DNA of 64,000 bases from Octopus vulgaris (taxonomy: Eukaryota): the NCBI GenBank assembly GCA_951406725.2, contig OX597826.1:10664001-10728000 (forward strand). Reading direction: 5' to 3'. The notes under the pieces are model-generated. The model did not search any database, had not been told where the DNA came from, and worked only from the letters and a program-made list of their open reading frames with translations. The translations under genes and the position numbers were made by a program. Shown in pieces: positions 41,088 to 56,567 of this stretch (position 1 is its first letter; each line of letters starts with the position of its first letter).

Positions 41088-42975
41088 GAGAGAGAGACAG
41101 AGAGAGAGACAGAGACAGAGAGAGAGAAAAAGAGAGAAAGAAAGAAGACAATCATGACAGATGAACAGACAGGCAGGCAGGCAGACGGATAGACAAAAAT
41201 TTATTCAGAAAAATATCTTTTATCCTCAACATGCTGAGACTAAATAATATTATAAATTATACCATAATCATTATTTGTTATTATCCATACTAATGTGTAA
41301 GAAAGATAAAGGATATTTTTTCTGAGTAAATTTTTGTGTGACTAGCAAATAATGGGGTTTCTCTAAAAAATATGTTTAGTAAATTGCTTTTAAGATAATG
41401 TGTTTTGCAGTTCTGTTTCTTTCGAATGTATAAATACATACACATAATATATTTACAGAAGTTCATTTCCTTTTTTAAAAAACTATGTAACTTTCGATAG
41501 AATTACTTCATGTACACACTAGTATGGATACTAAATAATGACTATAGCATAATTTATAATATTATTTAATCAAAATCGAAATCGAAATCGATCAACATCA
41601 ATGGAAATTATAGCTGTGATACCAGTGCCGGTGGCATGTAAGAGAACCATCTGAACGTGGCCGTTGCCAGCGCCACCCCAACTGGCCTCCGTGCCGGTGG
41701 CATGTAAAAAGCACCATCCAATAGTAGCCATTGCCAGCCTGGCCTGGCCTACGTGCCAGTGGCACGTAAAAAGCACCATCCAGTCGTGGCCGTTTGCCAG
41801 CCTCGTCTGGCACCTGTGCCGGTGGCACATAAAAAGCACCCACTACACTCACGTAGTGGTTGGCGTTAAGAAGGGCATCCAGCCGTAGAAACATTGCCAG
41901 ATCAGACTGGGCCTGGTGCAGCCTTCGGGTTTCCCAAACCCCAGTTGAACTGTCCAACCCATGCTAGCATGGAAAGTGGATGCAAAATTATGATGATGAT
42001 GTTGGTGTGGTGAAGATAAAGGATATTTTTCTGGGAAAATTTTTTTTTTTTTGTATATGGTTTAATTTTCTTAATAGTATAGAACTGAAAGTCGTTATTT
42101 ACTGTAGATTAATAACAAACTATTTCTGTTTTAAAATATTAACACGCAGAAATATACTTCAATTGATATTCTTAAATATACACACACATCTTGTATAACT
42201 GTTATATTAATTTTTATTTTATTTTATTATATTTTTCTAAAATTAAATCATTAACTCTCACACTGACAAACATAAACATATATTAAATTCAGTCTGTTTT
42301 AAGATTTCGAACTTCTCATATGTAATTTTTGTCATACTTTACCCTGACGAGATTCTTACTCAAAATATTTCCAAAATATGAAATGAAACCATTGTCGGGA
42401 TTATTAATGAAAGCACCCACTACACTCTTGGAGAGGTTGGTATTAGGAAGGGCATCCAGCTGTAGAAACTCTGCCAGATCAGATTGGAGCCTGGTGCAGC
42501 CATCTGGTTCGCCAGTCCTCAGTCAAATCATCCAAACCATGCTAGCATGGAAAGCGGACGTTAAATGATGATGATGATGATGATGGTGATTTATATTATA
42601 ATAATGATATAATATTATGCTAATAAAATTAACATATGTCAGTTTAACTCTCCATTTTCCTTTTATTATTATATATTGTATATATAACCATTTATATTGT
42701 AGAATATTTATTCTACTATACGGGTATTAAACCAGGAAACCAGTGAAAATTGGATGGTTCCATCCTTATAAGAGGAGCTTGTTTCCTCGTATTGGATCTT
42801 TTTAATAGCAGGAGTGGCTGTGTGGTAAGTAGCTTGCTAACCAACCACATGGTTCCGGGTTCAGTCCCATTGCGTGGCACCTTGGGCAAGTGTCTTCTGC
42901 TATAGCCCCGGGCCGACCAATGCCCTGTGAGTGGATTTGGTAGACGGAAACTGAAAGAAGCCTGTCGTATATATG

Positions 42976-43006
<31 letters not shown>

Positions 43007-43215
43007 TTGTGTGTCTGTGTTTGTCCCTCTAGCATTGCTTGACAACCGATGCTGGTGTGTTTCCGTCCCCGTCACTTAGCAGTTCGGCAAAAAGAGACCG
43101 ATAGAATAAGTACTGGGCTTACAAAGAATAAGTCCCGGGGTCGATTTCCTCAACTAAAGGCGGTGCTCCAGCATGGCCGCAGTCAAATGACTGAAACAAG
43201 TAAAAGAGTAAAAGA

Positions 43216-43256
<41 letters not shown>

Positions 43257-43536
43257 GAGATGTACTTGCATAGCGAGTGACTTGATCTGAGATCGTGTGC
43301 TGGAACGAAAACAATTGCAGCGTGGAAGGTGTTTATAAGCCATTTAAGAAACACACAAAAACCGTTAGATTCACTTCAACATTTAAATTTGATGCAGCAC
43401 GAAGTTTTGTCAGTGAACAAGTCGCGGTCTCAAAGCGACGAAAATATTTTGACAAATTAAATTTAAATGTTGAAGTGAATCTAAAGGTTTTGTGTGTTTC
43501 TTAAATGGCTTATAAACACCTTCCACGCTGCAATTA
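43257..43536. repeat. Penelope-like pLTR hairpin (arms 43313-43390 / 43459-43535) with a degenerate hammerhead in the loop
   Basis: Inverted arms; GTCA-GTGAACAA-GTCGC..GCGAC-GAAAATATTT-TGAC. Confidence 0.6.
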
Positions 43537-43748
43537 TTATATATATACACTCCTGTCACAATCTGGGACCTTGAAGACAGCTTTAATGCAAGAAAGTATA
43601 CTAGTCCCTTAATATTTTCTATTCAATAAGACAATCAATACTTCATTTCATTATACTACTACTATATATACTTTTTATACTATATATTCTATATTCTACA
43701 TTAATATTATAAAGAATATAAATAAAACACAAAATTGGAATTCCTTTG

Positions 43749-43805
<57 letters not shown>

Positions 43806-44455
43806 CATACATATATATACATATATATATTTGTGTATGTGCATGTGTCTGTGTTTGTCCCCGCCTCCCCACCATCAGTTTACAACCGATGCTTGTGTGT
43901 TTATGTCCCCATAACTTAGCTGTTCAGCCAAAGAGACCAATAGAATACATACTTTACAGAGAATAAGTCCTGGGATCAATTTACTTTTTAAGGCGGTTCT
44001 CCAGCATGGCCGCAGTCAAATGACTGAAACAAATAAAAGAGTAAACTGTGAGTATCAAGACTCCAATGAAGTTATAGGATGTTACTCAGTCATTCAACTA
44101 TGAGTCTGCTGCATCTTATGGCAGAAACAACTGTAAGGAAATGAAGTTCATATCTTAACTATCTTTACCCCTTTGTCATCTAATGTTCTTGATATATATA
44201 TATATATAATTAATAATAAAAGGGTAAATTTTAGCAATTAAATTAATTAATCAATCAATCAATTAATTAATAATTTCACCAAGTAGATTGGTACGTTAAA
44301 ATAACCTTTATAGGTAAAATTATACAAATATTTAATAATTATAAACCTAATTATAATTAGGGTTCAGCTTATAGTAGTAGAGAAGGAATTTTAACTCCTG
44401 TTTCTAAATTCGGTATGTGGTGAAGCAATTAGCTGAACCCTAATTACAAAATATT

Positions 44456-44551
<96 letters not shown>

Positions 44552-47015
44552 GAGAGGTCAAAAGAAAAGGAGAGGTTAGTTGAGCTTTGGTTCCAGACAG
44601 ATCCTGAAAATTGAAGTACTTAGTCAGGCCTTCTAGGATTAAAGTTGAAATAGTCTTTATAGAAAATACAAAGACACACACACTTACATGCACACAGGTT
44701 GACGATACATTGTTATTTAAAAAAAAAAATAAAATTCAGGTAATACTCTTTACTCTTTTACTTGTTTCAGTCATTTGACTGCGGCCATGCTGGAGCACCG
44801 CCTTTAATCGAGCAACTCGACCCCGGGACTTATTCTTTTGTAAGCCCAGTACTTATTCTATCGGTTTCTTTACCGAACCGCTAAGTAACGGGGACATAAA
44901 TACACCAGCATCGGTTGTCAAGCAATGCTAGGGGGACAAACACAGACACACGCATATATATATATATATATATACACTTGCCCAAGGTGCCACGCAGTGG
45001 GACTGAACCTGGAACCATGTGGTTGGTAAACAAGCTACTTACCACACAGTCACTCCTGTAATTCTGATGACTTAAGATAATAGGTACATACAGGTAATTC
45101 TCGGGTTGACTTGTTGCATAAACTTTGTCTTGAATTGCAAATAAAAATGCAGGGGTGTTTTAGCAGCGTAACGATGATATGGTAATGAGCAGGGCTTCAG
45201 TATATAATTGAATAAAAGTACCAACAGGCAAACAGCTGGTATCAGGTCACATTCTGAGATCTATATATATTTACAGATTGATTATAAGTTGAGGGTGGAA
45301 ACGAGTGTTTGATTGATTGACAGACAGACAGACACATACATATGCATGAGGAAACATACAAATCTGCACGTATACAAACATACAAATGTGCCCTGTTGTT
45401 GATGTTGGAATTTCAATGAGCCTCGGATCAAGGTTAGAAGCTGACCCTTTTTTTTGTTAGCGAGAAATCTTGAAATAAAACTGAATAAATGACATCTTAG
45501 CTGCTTTCTCATAGACAGGACAAAGCTATTGCTAGAAAGAATCACTGAAATGAGTTGTTGCTGCTGCAATGTGAGGCCCTTGTATGATTCTTGAGCTTGG
45601 TGGAAGATTTGCATGCACACACACACACACGCACAGAGGCAAAGGTATGATTGTGTGGTAAGAAGTTCATTTCCCAACAACATGGCCACATGGTTATGGG
45701 TTCAGTACCACTACATGACACATTGGGCAAGTGTCTTCTATTATAATCTTAGGCTGACCAAAGCCTAACAGAGACTGAAAGAAGATTGTCATGTATGTAT
45801 ATAGGTTTTTTTTTGGTTTTTTTTCAATATGTGACCTCGTGAGTACCGCTGGCGATTTTTTTCCTCTGTCTTCCCTTCTCGGGATCTTTCCTTCTCCTAT
45901 GTTTCCGATGAAGAGCTCCGCTCGAAACGTTAAACCCTCCTTCTTCCCTTCTTTCCTGAGCGTCCAACAATAGTCCTCGCGTTGTTGTGTTTTTTTGTGT
46001 TTTCTTGTTTAGATTAACTATATATATATATATATATCTATTTGTGCATGTGTCTTTCCATGTGTTTGTCTGCCACCACTGCTTATTGGTATGCGAGCTG
46101 GCAGAAACGTTAGCACGCCGGGCGAAATGTGTAGCCGTATTTCGTCTGCCATTACGTTCTGAGTTCAAATTCTGCCACGGTCGACTTTGCCTTTCATCCT
46201 TTCGGGGTCGATAAATTAAGTACCAGTTATGCACTGGGGTTGATGTAATCGACTTAATCCGTTTGTCTGTCCTTGTTTGTCCCCTCTCTGTGTTTAGCCC
46301 CTTGTGGGTAGTAAAGAAATAGGTATGTTTACATCCCTGTAACTGAGCAGTTTAACAAATGAGTACCAACTTAAAAAAAAAAAAAAAGTACTAAAGTTGA
46401 TTCATTTGACCAAAACTTCAAGCATGGCTTGAGTTTAATGACTGAAACAAGATATACATAAAGGATAGGGTAAAGGGTAAAGACCCCCTTCAGTCATGTA
46501 CGGCTATGGGATTGCATCTAGAAAGTTCCCCCTCCGGAGCACAACTTCAAGCAAAGTTGTTTATGGATAACCAGCAGTCAACCATGAATACCAGCCTCCA
46601 CTCACCACACCACTGATGTTATCTAAGGAAAAGGCTGATACAGCTAGGTACCAGGGACATCACAACTCATTTCTACAGATGAGTGAACTGGAGCAATGTG
46701 AAATAAAATGTCTTGCTCAAGAGCATAACACACAACCTGATCTGGAAATCGAACTCACTGCCTCGTGATTGTGAGCCTGATGCTCTAACCACTGAGCCAT
46801 GCACCTTCACTATTAATATCTTTATAGCACCTAGGTTTCCCAAGCAGTCACCTCTGTCTCCTTGTGTGTGCATGTTTGTGTGTGTGTGTGTTTTCCAACA
46901 CACAGTACTAACATAGGCTCAATGTTTCTTAACTTCAGTGATTGGATAAGAACTGAAGTTTCAATGTGATATGACCATAGATATATATATACAAAATAAG
47001 AAATAATCTCACTTT

Positions 47016-47058
<43 letters not shown>

Positions 47059-47289
47059 ATCTGGACGGTCGCACCGATGATCTACGGACATTTATGTAAG
47101 TAAAACTACGTAATATGTTAACAGTGAAACATGTATGCGAATAATTCATATTTTTACTACTTTTTCTTTTGTCTTGCTCGATTACATTTTAGTTGTTTTG
47201 CTAAATTTTTCTTGAGAACATTTCTTAGTGGTAAGACCATAGCAGATCTATTTCTAGCATAAGGGTGTCCAGATAGTGGTTTCCCTCTA

Positions 47290-47294
<5 letters not shown>

Positions 47295-47360
<66 letters not shown>

Positions 47361-47431
47361 TATATACACACACACATATATATACACACACACATATATA
47401 TACACACACACACATATATACACACACACAC

Positions 47432-47498
<67 letters not shown>

Positions 47499-47549
47499 CA
47501 CACACACACACATATATACACACACACACACATATATACACACACACAC

Positions 47550-47621
<72 letters not shown>

Positions 47622-47660
47622 GCACACACACACAGACATGCATATGTATATCACACACAC
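47295..47660. repeat. Compound (TA)n/(CA)n microsatellite
   Basis: Seen directly. Confidence 0.95.
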
Positions 47661-49059
47661 ACGTGTACCAGTATCAGTTTTTCTTTCAGATTATAAACTC
47701 CTGAGAGGAGGCTAGGTCCTACAGCCAGGCTTATAACTTCCTGTAGTTGATAGCCAACACTATGTTGCCCTGTAAGTTAAAGGCTGATAAAAGTATAGAA
47801 CAGATAAACAAGAAGCTCCTGCAGGAAATAGGTGCGGGGGAAGTAAAATTATTTTATTTGAGATGGGATAAATGTCAAAAATGTGTTTAAAAGAGGGGTT
47901 GTAGTAGAATGTTGTTGGTTAAGCCTGGCTGAGAAAAATCTAGTAACCAATAGTATACCAACCGGCTTTGTTCACCCTCTTTCCATGACTGAGCACTGAA
48001 GGGCAACTTTAAGATTATAATGTGTCAGATAAAAAGAATTTGAATTCATTTTAAGAAAATATATAAGGTCAATAAAGGAAGGTCTCTTGATGGAAAATCA
48101 CTAGAACATGTAATTAACAGCAATTATCTATGTATTGTCAATTTTGCTCATAATTGGTGAATAGAAGGCGGTAGGATGGCAGAACCGTTAATATGTTGGA
48201 TGAAATGCTAAACGACATTTCATCTGGATTTACATCCAGAGCTCAAATCTTGCCAAGGACAACTTTGCCTTTCAGGGTCCATAAAATAAACTGTCAAATT
48301 CTGGGGTTGAGGTAACTGACTGGCCTCTATCTTCCGAAACTACCGTCCCTGTGCCGAAATTTGAAGCTATTCTTTGGTGTATAGCATTTAAAATAATATG
48401 GAAAGTGATAAATCTCAGATGACAACAATGATTCACCTACAGGTGCAGGAGTGGCTGTGTGGTAAGTAGCTTGCTAACCAACCACATGGTTCCGGGTTCA
48501 GTCCCACTGCATGGCACCTTGGGCAAGTGTCTTCTGCTATAGCCTCAGGCCGACCAATGCCTTGTGAGTGGATTTGGTAGACGGAAACTGAAAGAAGCCC
48601 GTCGCATATATGTATATATATATGTGTGTGCGTGTATGTTTGTGTGTTTGTGTTTGTCCCCCTAGCATTGCTTGACAACCGATGCTGGTGTGTTTACGTC
48701 CCTGTTACTTAGCGGTTCGGCAAAAGAAACCGATAGAATAAGTACTGGGCTTACAAAAAAAGAATAAGTCCCAGGGTCGAGTTGCTCGATTAAAGCCGGT
48801 GCTCCAGAATGGCCGCAGTCAAATGACTGAAACAAGTAAAATGAGTAAAAAAAGAGTACTAGATGTAGAATTATACAAAATAAATCAAGATGATTTTTAA
48901 GATGGACACGCATGTTCTTGAAAAATTGACTGTATGGCAAGAAGCTTGCTTCCCAATCACAGTTCCAGGTTCTATTATAGCCCTATAGCCACAGGCTGAC
49001 CAAAGCCCTGTGAGTGCATTTGGTAGATGGAAACTAAAAGAAGACCATCATTATATAAG

Positions 49060-52022
<2,963 letters not shown>

Positions 52023-52025
<3 letters not shown>

Positions 52026-52996
52026 ATTTCAACAATTGAGGGTGAAATTAATTAATTAATCAATTTCACCAAGTATTCAGTATGCAAAGGGACCATTTAA
52101 GGCGAATTCAAATTATTACATTATATAAAAGGGCTTAGTAAAATAAATTACTTTGCCGCATACTGAACTCATTAGAAATAGCAGCTAAAAAACATTTTAA
52201 AAACTATTTCCAATAGTTTTTGACTAATCTTGAAACGTACGTTCTCAAATAACCTTTGCATTTGATTTTTTAATGTCTCTACCCCCATACTTTCGTGAGT
52301 TGAATTGAGCAAACACTATATGAGAGAGGTTTTCTTTAAGTATTGGAAATAGTTTTTAAAATGTTTTTTAGCTGCTATTTCTAATGAGTTCAGTATGCGG
52401 CAAAGTAATTTATTTTACTAAGCCCTTTTATATAATGTAAAAATTTGAATTCGCCTTAAATGGTCCCTTTGCATACTGAATACTTGGTGAAATTGATTAA
52501 TTAATTAATTTCACTCTCAATTGTTGAAATTATAATTCATCTCTCTCTACTTAATGTCTCGGATTTTACCGAAAAAAGCATAGTGTTTGCTGATTTTAAC
52601 CCACGCTGGTGGAAAGGGGAGAGCAGAAATTCTTCGCTTGCATATTTGAGTTTGTTGGCACTGTTAGTTTCGAACAGATCTTCAGAAGCGATAACAAGCC
52701 GAAAGGGTATGCTCCCACTTTCAGTGTTTTCAAATCCAAACCAGGGAATTCTGAGCTGATGATAGAAGGGTCGATTTTGACTAATCTTGAAACGTATGTT
52801 CTCAAATAACCTTTGCATTTGATTTTTTAATGTCTCTACCCCCATACTTTCGTGAGTTGAATTGAGCAAACACTATATGAGAGAGGTTTTCTTTAAGTAT
52901 TGGAAATAGTTTTTAAAATGTTTTTTAGCTGCTATTTCTAATGAGTTCAGTATGCGGCAAAGTAATTTATTTTACTAAGCCCTTTTATATAATGTA

Positions 52997-53003
<7 letters not shown>
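52023..53003. repeat. Penelope-like element end with inverted (52023-52215 / 52341-52533) and direct (about 52218-52440 / 52776-53000) duplications
   Basis: Near-identical repeats seen directly; embedded in (TA)n. Confidence 0.65.
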
Positions 53004-53055
<52 letters not shown>

Positions 53056-53124
53056 TATGTATGTGTATTATATATATATATATATATATAGATATGTATT
53101 ATATATATATATATATAATAAATA

Positions 53125-53513
53125 TTAGGGAATAAATCCAAATTTACAGGGAAAAAATCAGATTTAGGATTAAATCCAATTTTATAGTAAAATATTATAT
53201 AATATTATTAGAGACAAAACCACTATTTTGCAAAACAAACAAGGAAAGACTTAATCAATACATAAAATTTTAATAAAAAGTCAAAAAAAACGCCACTACA
53301 ATTGTTTCTTGTCCTGATCGACAATCTTCAGGTGGACTTCCAATTTTCAAGTTTCAAATTTGAAACTGACTTGAAAATTGGAAGTCCACCTGAAGATTGT
53401 CGATCAGGACAAGAAACAATTGTAGTGGCGGTTTTTTTGACTTTTTATTAAAATTTTATGTATTGATTAAGTCTTTCCTTGTTTGTTTTGCAAAATAGTG
53501 GTTTTGTCTCTAA

Positions 53514-53525
<12 letters not shown>
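53125..53525. mobile_element. Penelope-like pLTR fold-back; near-perfect palindrome of about 330 bp with a minimal hammerhead on each strand
   Basis: 53195-53360 mirrors 53360-53525; CCAC-CTGAAGA-TTGTC..GACAA-GAAACAATTGTA-GTGG at about 53386-53428. Confidence 0.75.
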
Positions 53526-53563
<38 letters not shown>

Positions 53564-54000
53564 TATATATATAGATATGTATGTGTATTATATATATAGG
53601 TAGGATACTCTGGCACCAGAGAGTATCCTACCATAGCATACAACTCGGCTTCTTTCCCCCCACCACCGCCACACACTAGCAACTGTGTCTTCTTTACTAC
53701 TCTTGCTACTCACTGCCCCTACCCGGCAGCATCCCTCTATCTCAATTATGTCAGCATCGAACATGTGAGCCTAAACCAATGAGGGATGATATCTAATGAA
53801 ACAATAAGTTTTATGAGATGAAGGATATCAGGTCATTGATAAATAAGATAAAATCATGAATTTGAGGAAATTGGTAACAGTGTGGTGGCAGCATTTAGTG
53901 AATAAGAGAGTCGTGGGAGAGTTTCTGGGGAAGTTCTGTTGATATGAAAGTGTGTGAGCGAACAATCTGTTTTCAAATATTGTTCTTCATCAAAGAGTAA

Positions 54001-54001
<1 letters not shown>

Positions 54002-54040
<39 letters not shown>

Positions 54041-54172
54041 GAGAGAGACAGAAAGAGAGAGAGGGAGAGAGACAGAGAGAGAGGGAGAGTGTGCCTGTGT
54101 GTGAGAGAGAGAGAGAGACGGAGAGTTTGTGTGTGTGTGTGTGAGAGAGATGGAGTGTGAGAGAGAAATGGA

Positions 54173-54204
<32 letters not shown>

Positions 54205-54275
54205 TGGAATACAAGAGAGAAATGGAGTGAGAGAGAGAGATGGAGGGAGAGAGAGTGTGAGAAAGAAAGAAAGAC
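54002..54275. repeat. (GA)n-rich microsatellite
   Basis: Seen directly. Confidence 0.9.
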
Positions 54276-55825
54276 AGGTACAGAGCAAACCGTTCCAAAA
54301 CAAAAACTTCTATGGGATAATTGCTTTAAAAATGAGGCCAATTAATTAACATAATTTTTCTGCTGTGATTTGGGATGGTGCTTATTTATTTTTCCTTTCG
54401 AAATAAGCATTTTATACATTTTATACTCATTCTTCGCTTTAAGGAGACACATGGGATGGAAAGTAGCTGAAGAAGTCACAGGACATGTGACAAAAGATTT
54501 CAGACAAAGGACACCTAAATAAGAAAAAATAATAAAGCTGAGTGATTATATAGTTAATGCCTGTCTTTAATTGTGGGGAAAAAAAAATTAATGACCAATG
54601 TAGGAGTGGCTGTGTGGTAAGTAGCTTGTTTACCAACCACATGGTTCCGGGTGCAGTCCCACTGCATGGCACCTTGAGGAACTGTCTTCTACTATAGCCT
54701 CAGGCCGACCAAAGCCTTGTGAGTGGATTTGGTAGACAGAAACTGAGCTTGGCAGAAACGTTAGCACGCCGGACGAAATGCTTAGCAGTATGTTGTCTGT
54801 CTTTACGTTCTGAGTTCAAATTCCGCCGAGGTCAACTTTGCCTTTCATCCTTTCGGGGTCGATTAAATAAGTACCAGTTACGCACTGGGGTCGGTATAAT
54901 CGACTTAATCCGTTTGTCTGTCCTTGTTTGTCCCCTCTTTGTGTAGCCCCTTGTGGGCAATAAAGAAATAAACTGAAAGAAGCCCGTTGTAGATATGTAT
55001 ATATATGAGTGTATATGTTTGTGTGTCTGTGTTTGTCCCCCCAACATCGCTTGACAACCGATGCTGGTGTGTTTATGTCCGCGTAACTTAGCGGGTGGCA
55101 AAAGAGACCGATAGAATAAGTACTAGGCTTACAAATTTTAAGTCCTGGGGTCGATTTGCTCGACTAAAGGTGGTGCTCCAGCATGGCCACACTCAAATGA
55201 CTGAAACAAGTAAAAGAGTAAGAGAGATCCCAGGAAATAGGACAAAATCTATTTCAACACATGATTTCACATCAGGAATCTTGGGATGGAGAACCACTGA
55301 AGAGGTCAGTGCATTTGTTTATTCAAGTGGGTGAGTGGGTGTATAAGAACATCTGTTACAACTGCACTTACTTCACATGAGAAATCCTGCAAAGCAAATG
55401 CATTTTCTGTTTTTGCTTAGAAACAATTCACTCACTGTAAACCACTCCCAAACAAAAAATAAATAAATAAATAAATAAAACAAAAATTAAAAAAGAATAA
55501 AGATCAATGATGTCATGAAACCAGTAAGGAGTGGCGTCTCTAGATGGGTTACTCTATCTTGCAGAAGTAGCAATGAAATTCCCTCAAATTACACACTACT
55601 GCATTAATAAAACAAGCACTTTGAACGAATCAGGTCAGCTAGAAAAGAAAAAGAAACTACGAAGGGGTGCTGAAAAGTTCCTGGCTTTAAGGGTATTGTG
55701 AAAGGCCTGGTCGAAGGCCCAACCTTCTGAGTTCTTTCCCAGTTTAGAAAATTTGAAGGACTGCTGCAATAAGTTGTGAATCTGAGAGGAAAATATGTTG
55801 AATAAAATCATAATTACATGCTACT

Positions 55826-55865
55826 CCAGACTGATGATGAGCAAGACTCAGAAACTAGTCTCTGA
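55826..55865 (+). ncRNA. Type I hammerhead ribozyme, copy 1; predicted GUC cleavage after 55860
   Basis: CUGAUGA core; stem II UGAG/CUCA; GAAA; palindromic stem III ACUAGU; stem I CAGA/UCUG. Confidence 0.85.
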
Positions 55866-56176
55866 ATACAGGCTTAGTTGGGTGGGGGTGCTTGTCTCCC
55901 CCTTGTAAACATAAGGACACAGGAAATGTATCAAGGCCGACAGGAAGCGTCGATGTTTCCTAGGGTTAAATTGCAGTGGTGTGATTCCCTTCACGGGACT
56001 GTCACATTAAGTTGACAGTATACAACTACTCTATCATACCACTACTGCTTATATCTCTCTGAGATATTTAGAAATGTAATATTTCTATTTTTTGTAATCA
56101 GTGGATTTATTTCACTAGAATTCTTATATGTTTACCAGGCCTAGACAAGCATCTCCAGCTAGCAGGCCATGCTACT

Positions 56177-56216
56177 CCAGACTGATGATGAACAAGGCTC
56201 AGAAACTAGTCTCTGG
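56177..56216 (+). ncRNA. Type I hammerhead ribozyme, copy 2; predicted cleavage after 56211
   Basis: Intact core; stem II UGA/UCA; stem I CCAGA/UCUGG extended by AGACAAGCAUCUCCA/UGGAGGUGCUUGUCU. Confidence 0.85.
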
Positions 56217-56527
56217 CTGCAGGCTTAGCTGGGTGGAGGTGCTTGTCTCCCCCTTGTAAACATAAGGACACAGGAAATGTATCAAGGCCGACAGGAAGCG
56301 TCGATGCTTCCTAGGGTTAAATTGCAGTGGTGTGATTCCCTTCACGGGACTGTCACATTAAGTTGACAGTATACAACTACTCTATCATACCACTACTGCT
56401 TATATCTCTCTGAGATATTTAGAAATGTAATATTTCTATTTTTTGTAATCAGTGGATTTATTTCACTAGAATTCTTATATGTTTACCAGGCCTAGACAAG
56501 CATCTCCAACTAGCAGGCCATGCTACT

Positions 56528-56567
56528 CCAGACTGATGACGAACAAGGCTCAGAAACTAGTCTCTGG
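56528..56567 (+). ncRNA. Type I hammerhead ribozyme, copy 3 (stem II weakened); predicted cleavage after 56562
   Basis: Intact CUGAUGA, GAAA and GUC; C-A mismatch at the base of stem II. Confidence 0.7.

Noticed and set aside
52650-52690. Minus-strand CTGAAGA...GAAAC hammerhead-like motif
   Set aside because: No credible stem II, and G at the cleavage position
54427-54514. Possible minus-strand exon after a TTATTTAG acceptor
   Set aside because: Weak donor and no recognisable protein or link to the gene
55372-55386. Possible 15-nt microexon on the minus strand (TTTGCAG|GATTTCTCATGTGAA|GTAAGT)
   Set aside because: No connection to any gene model; such matches occur by chance without RNA evidence
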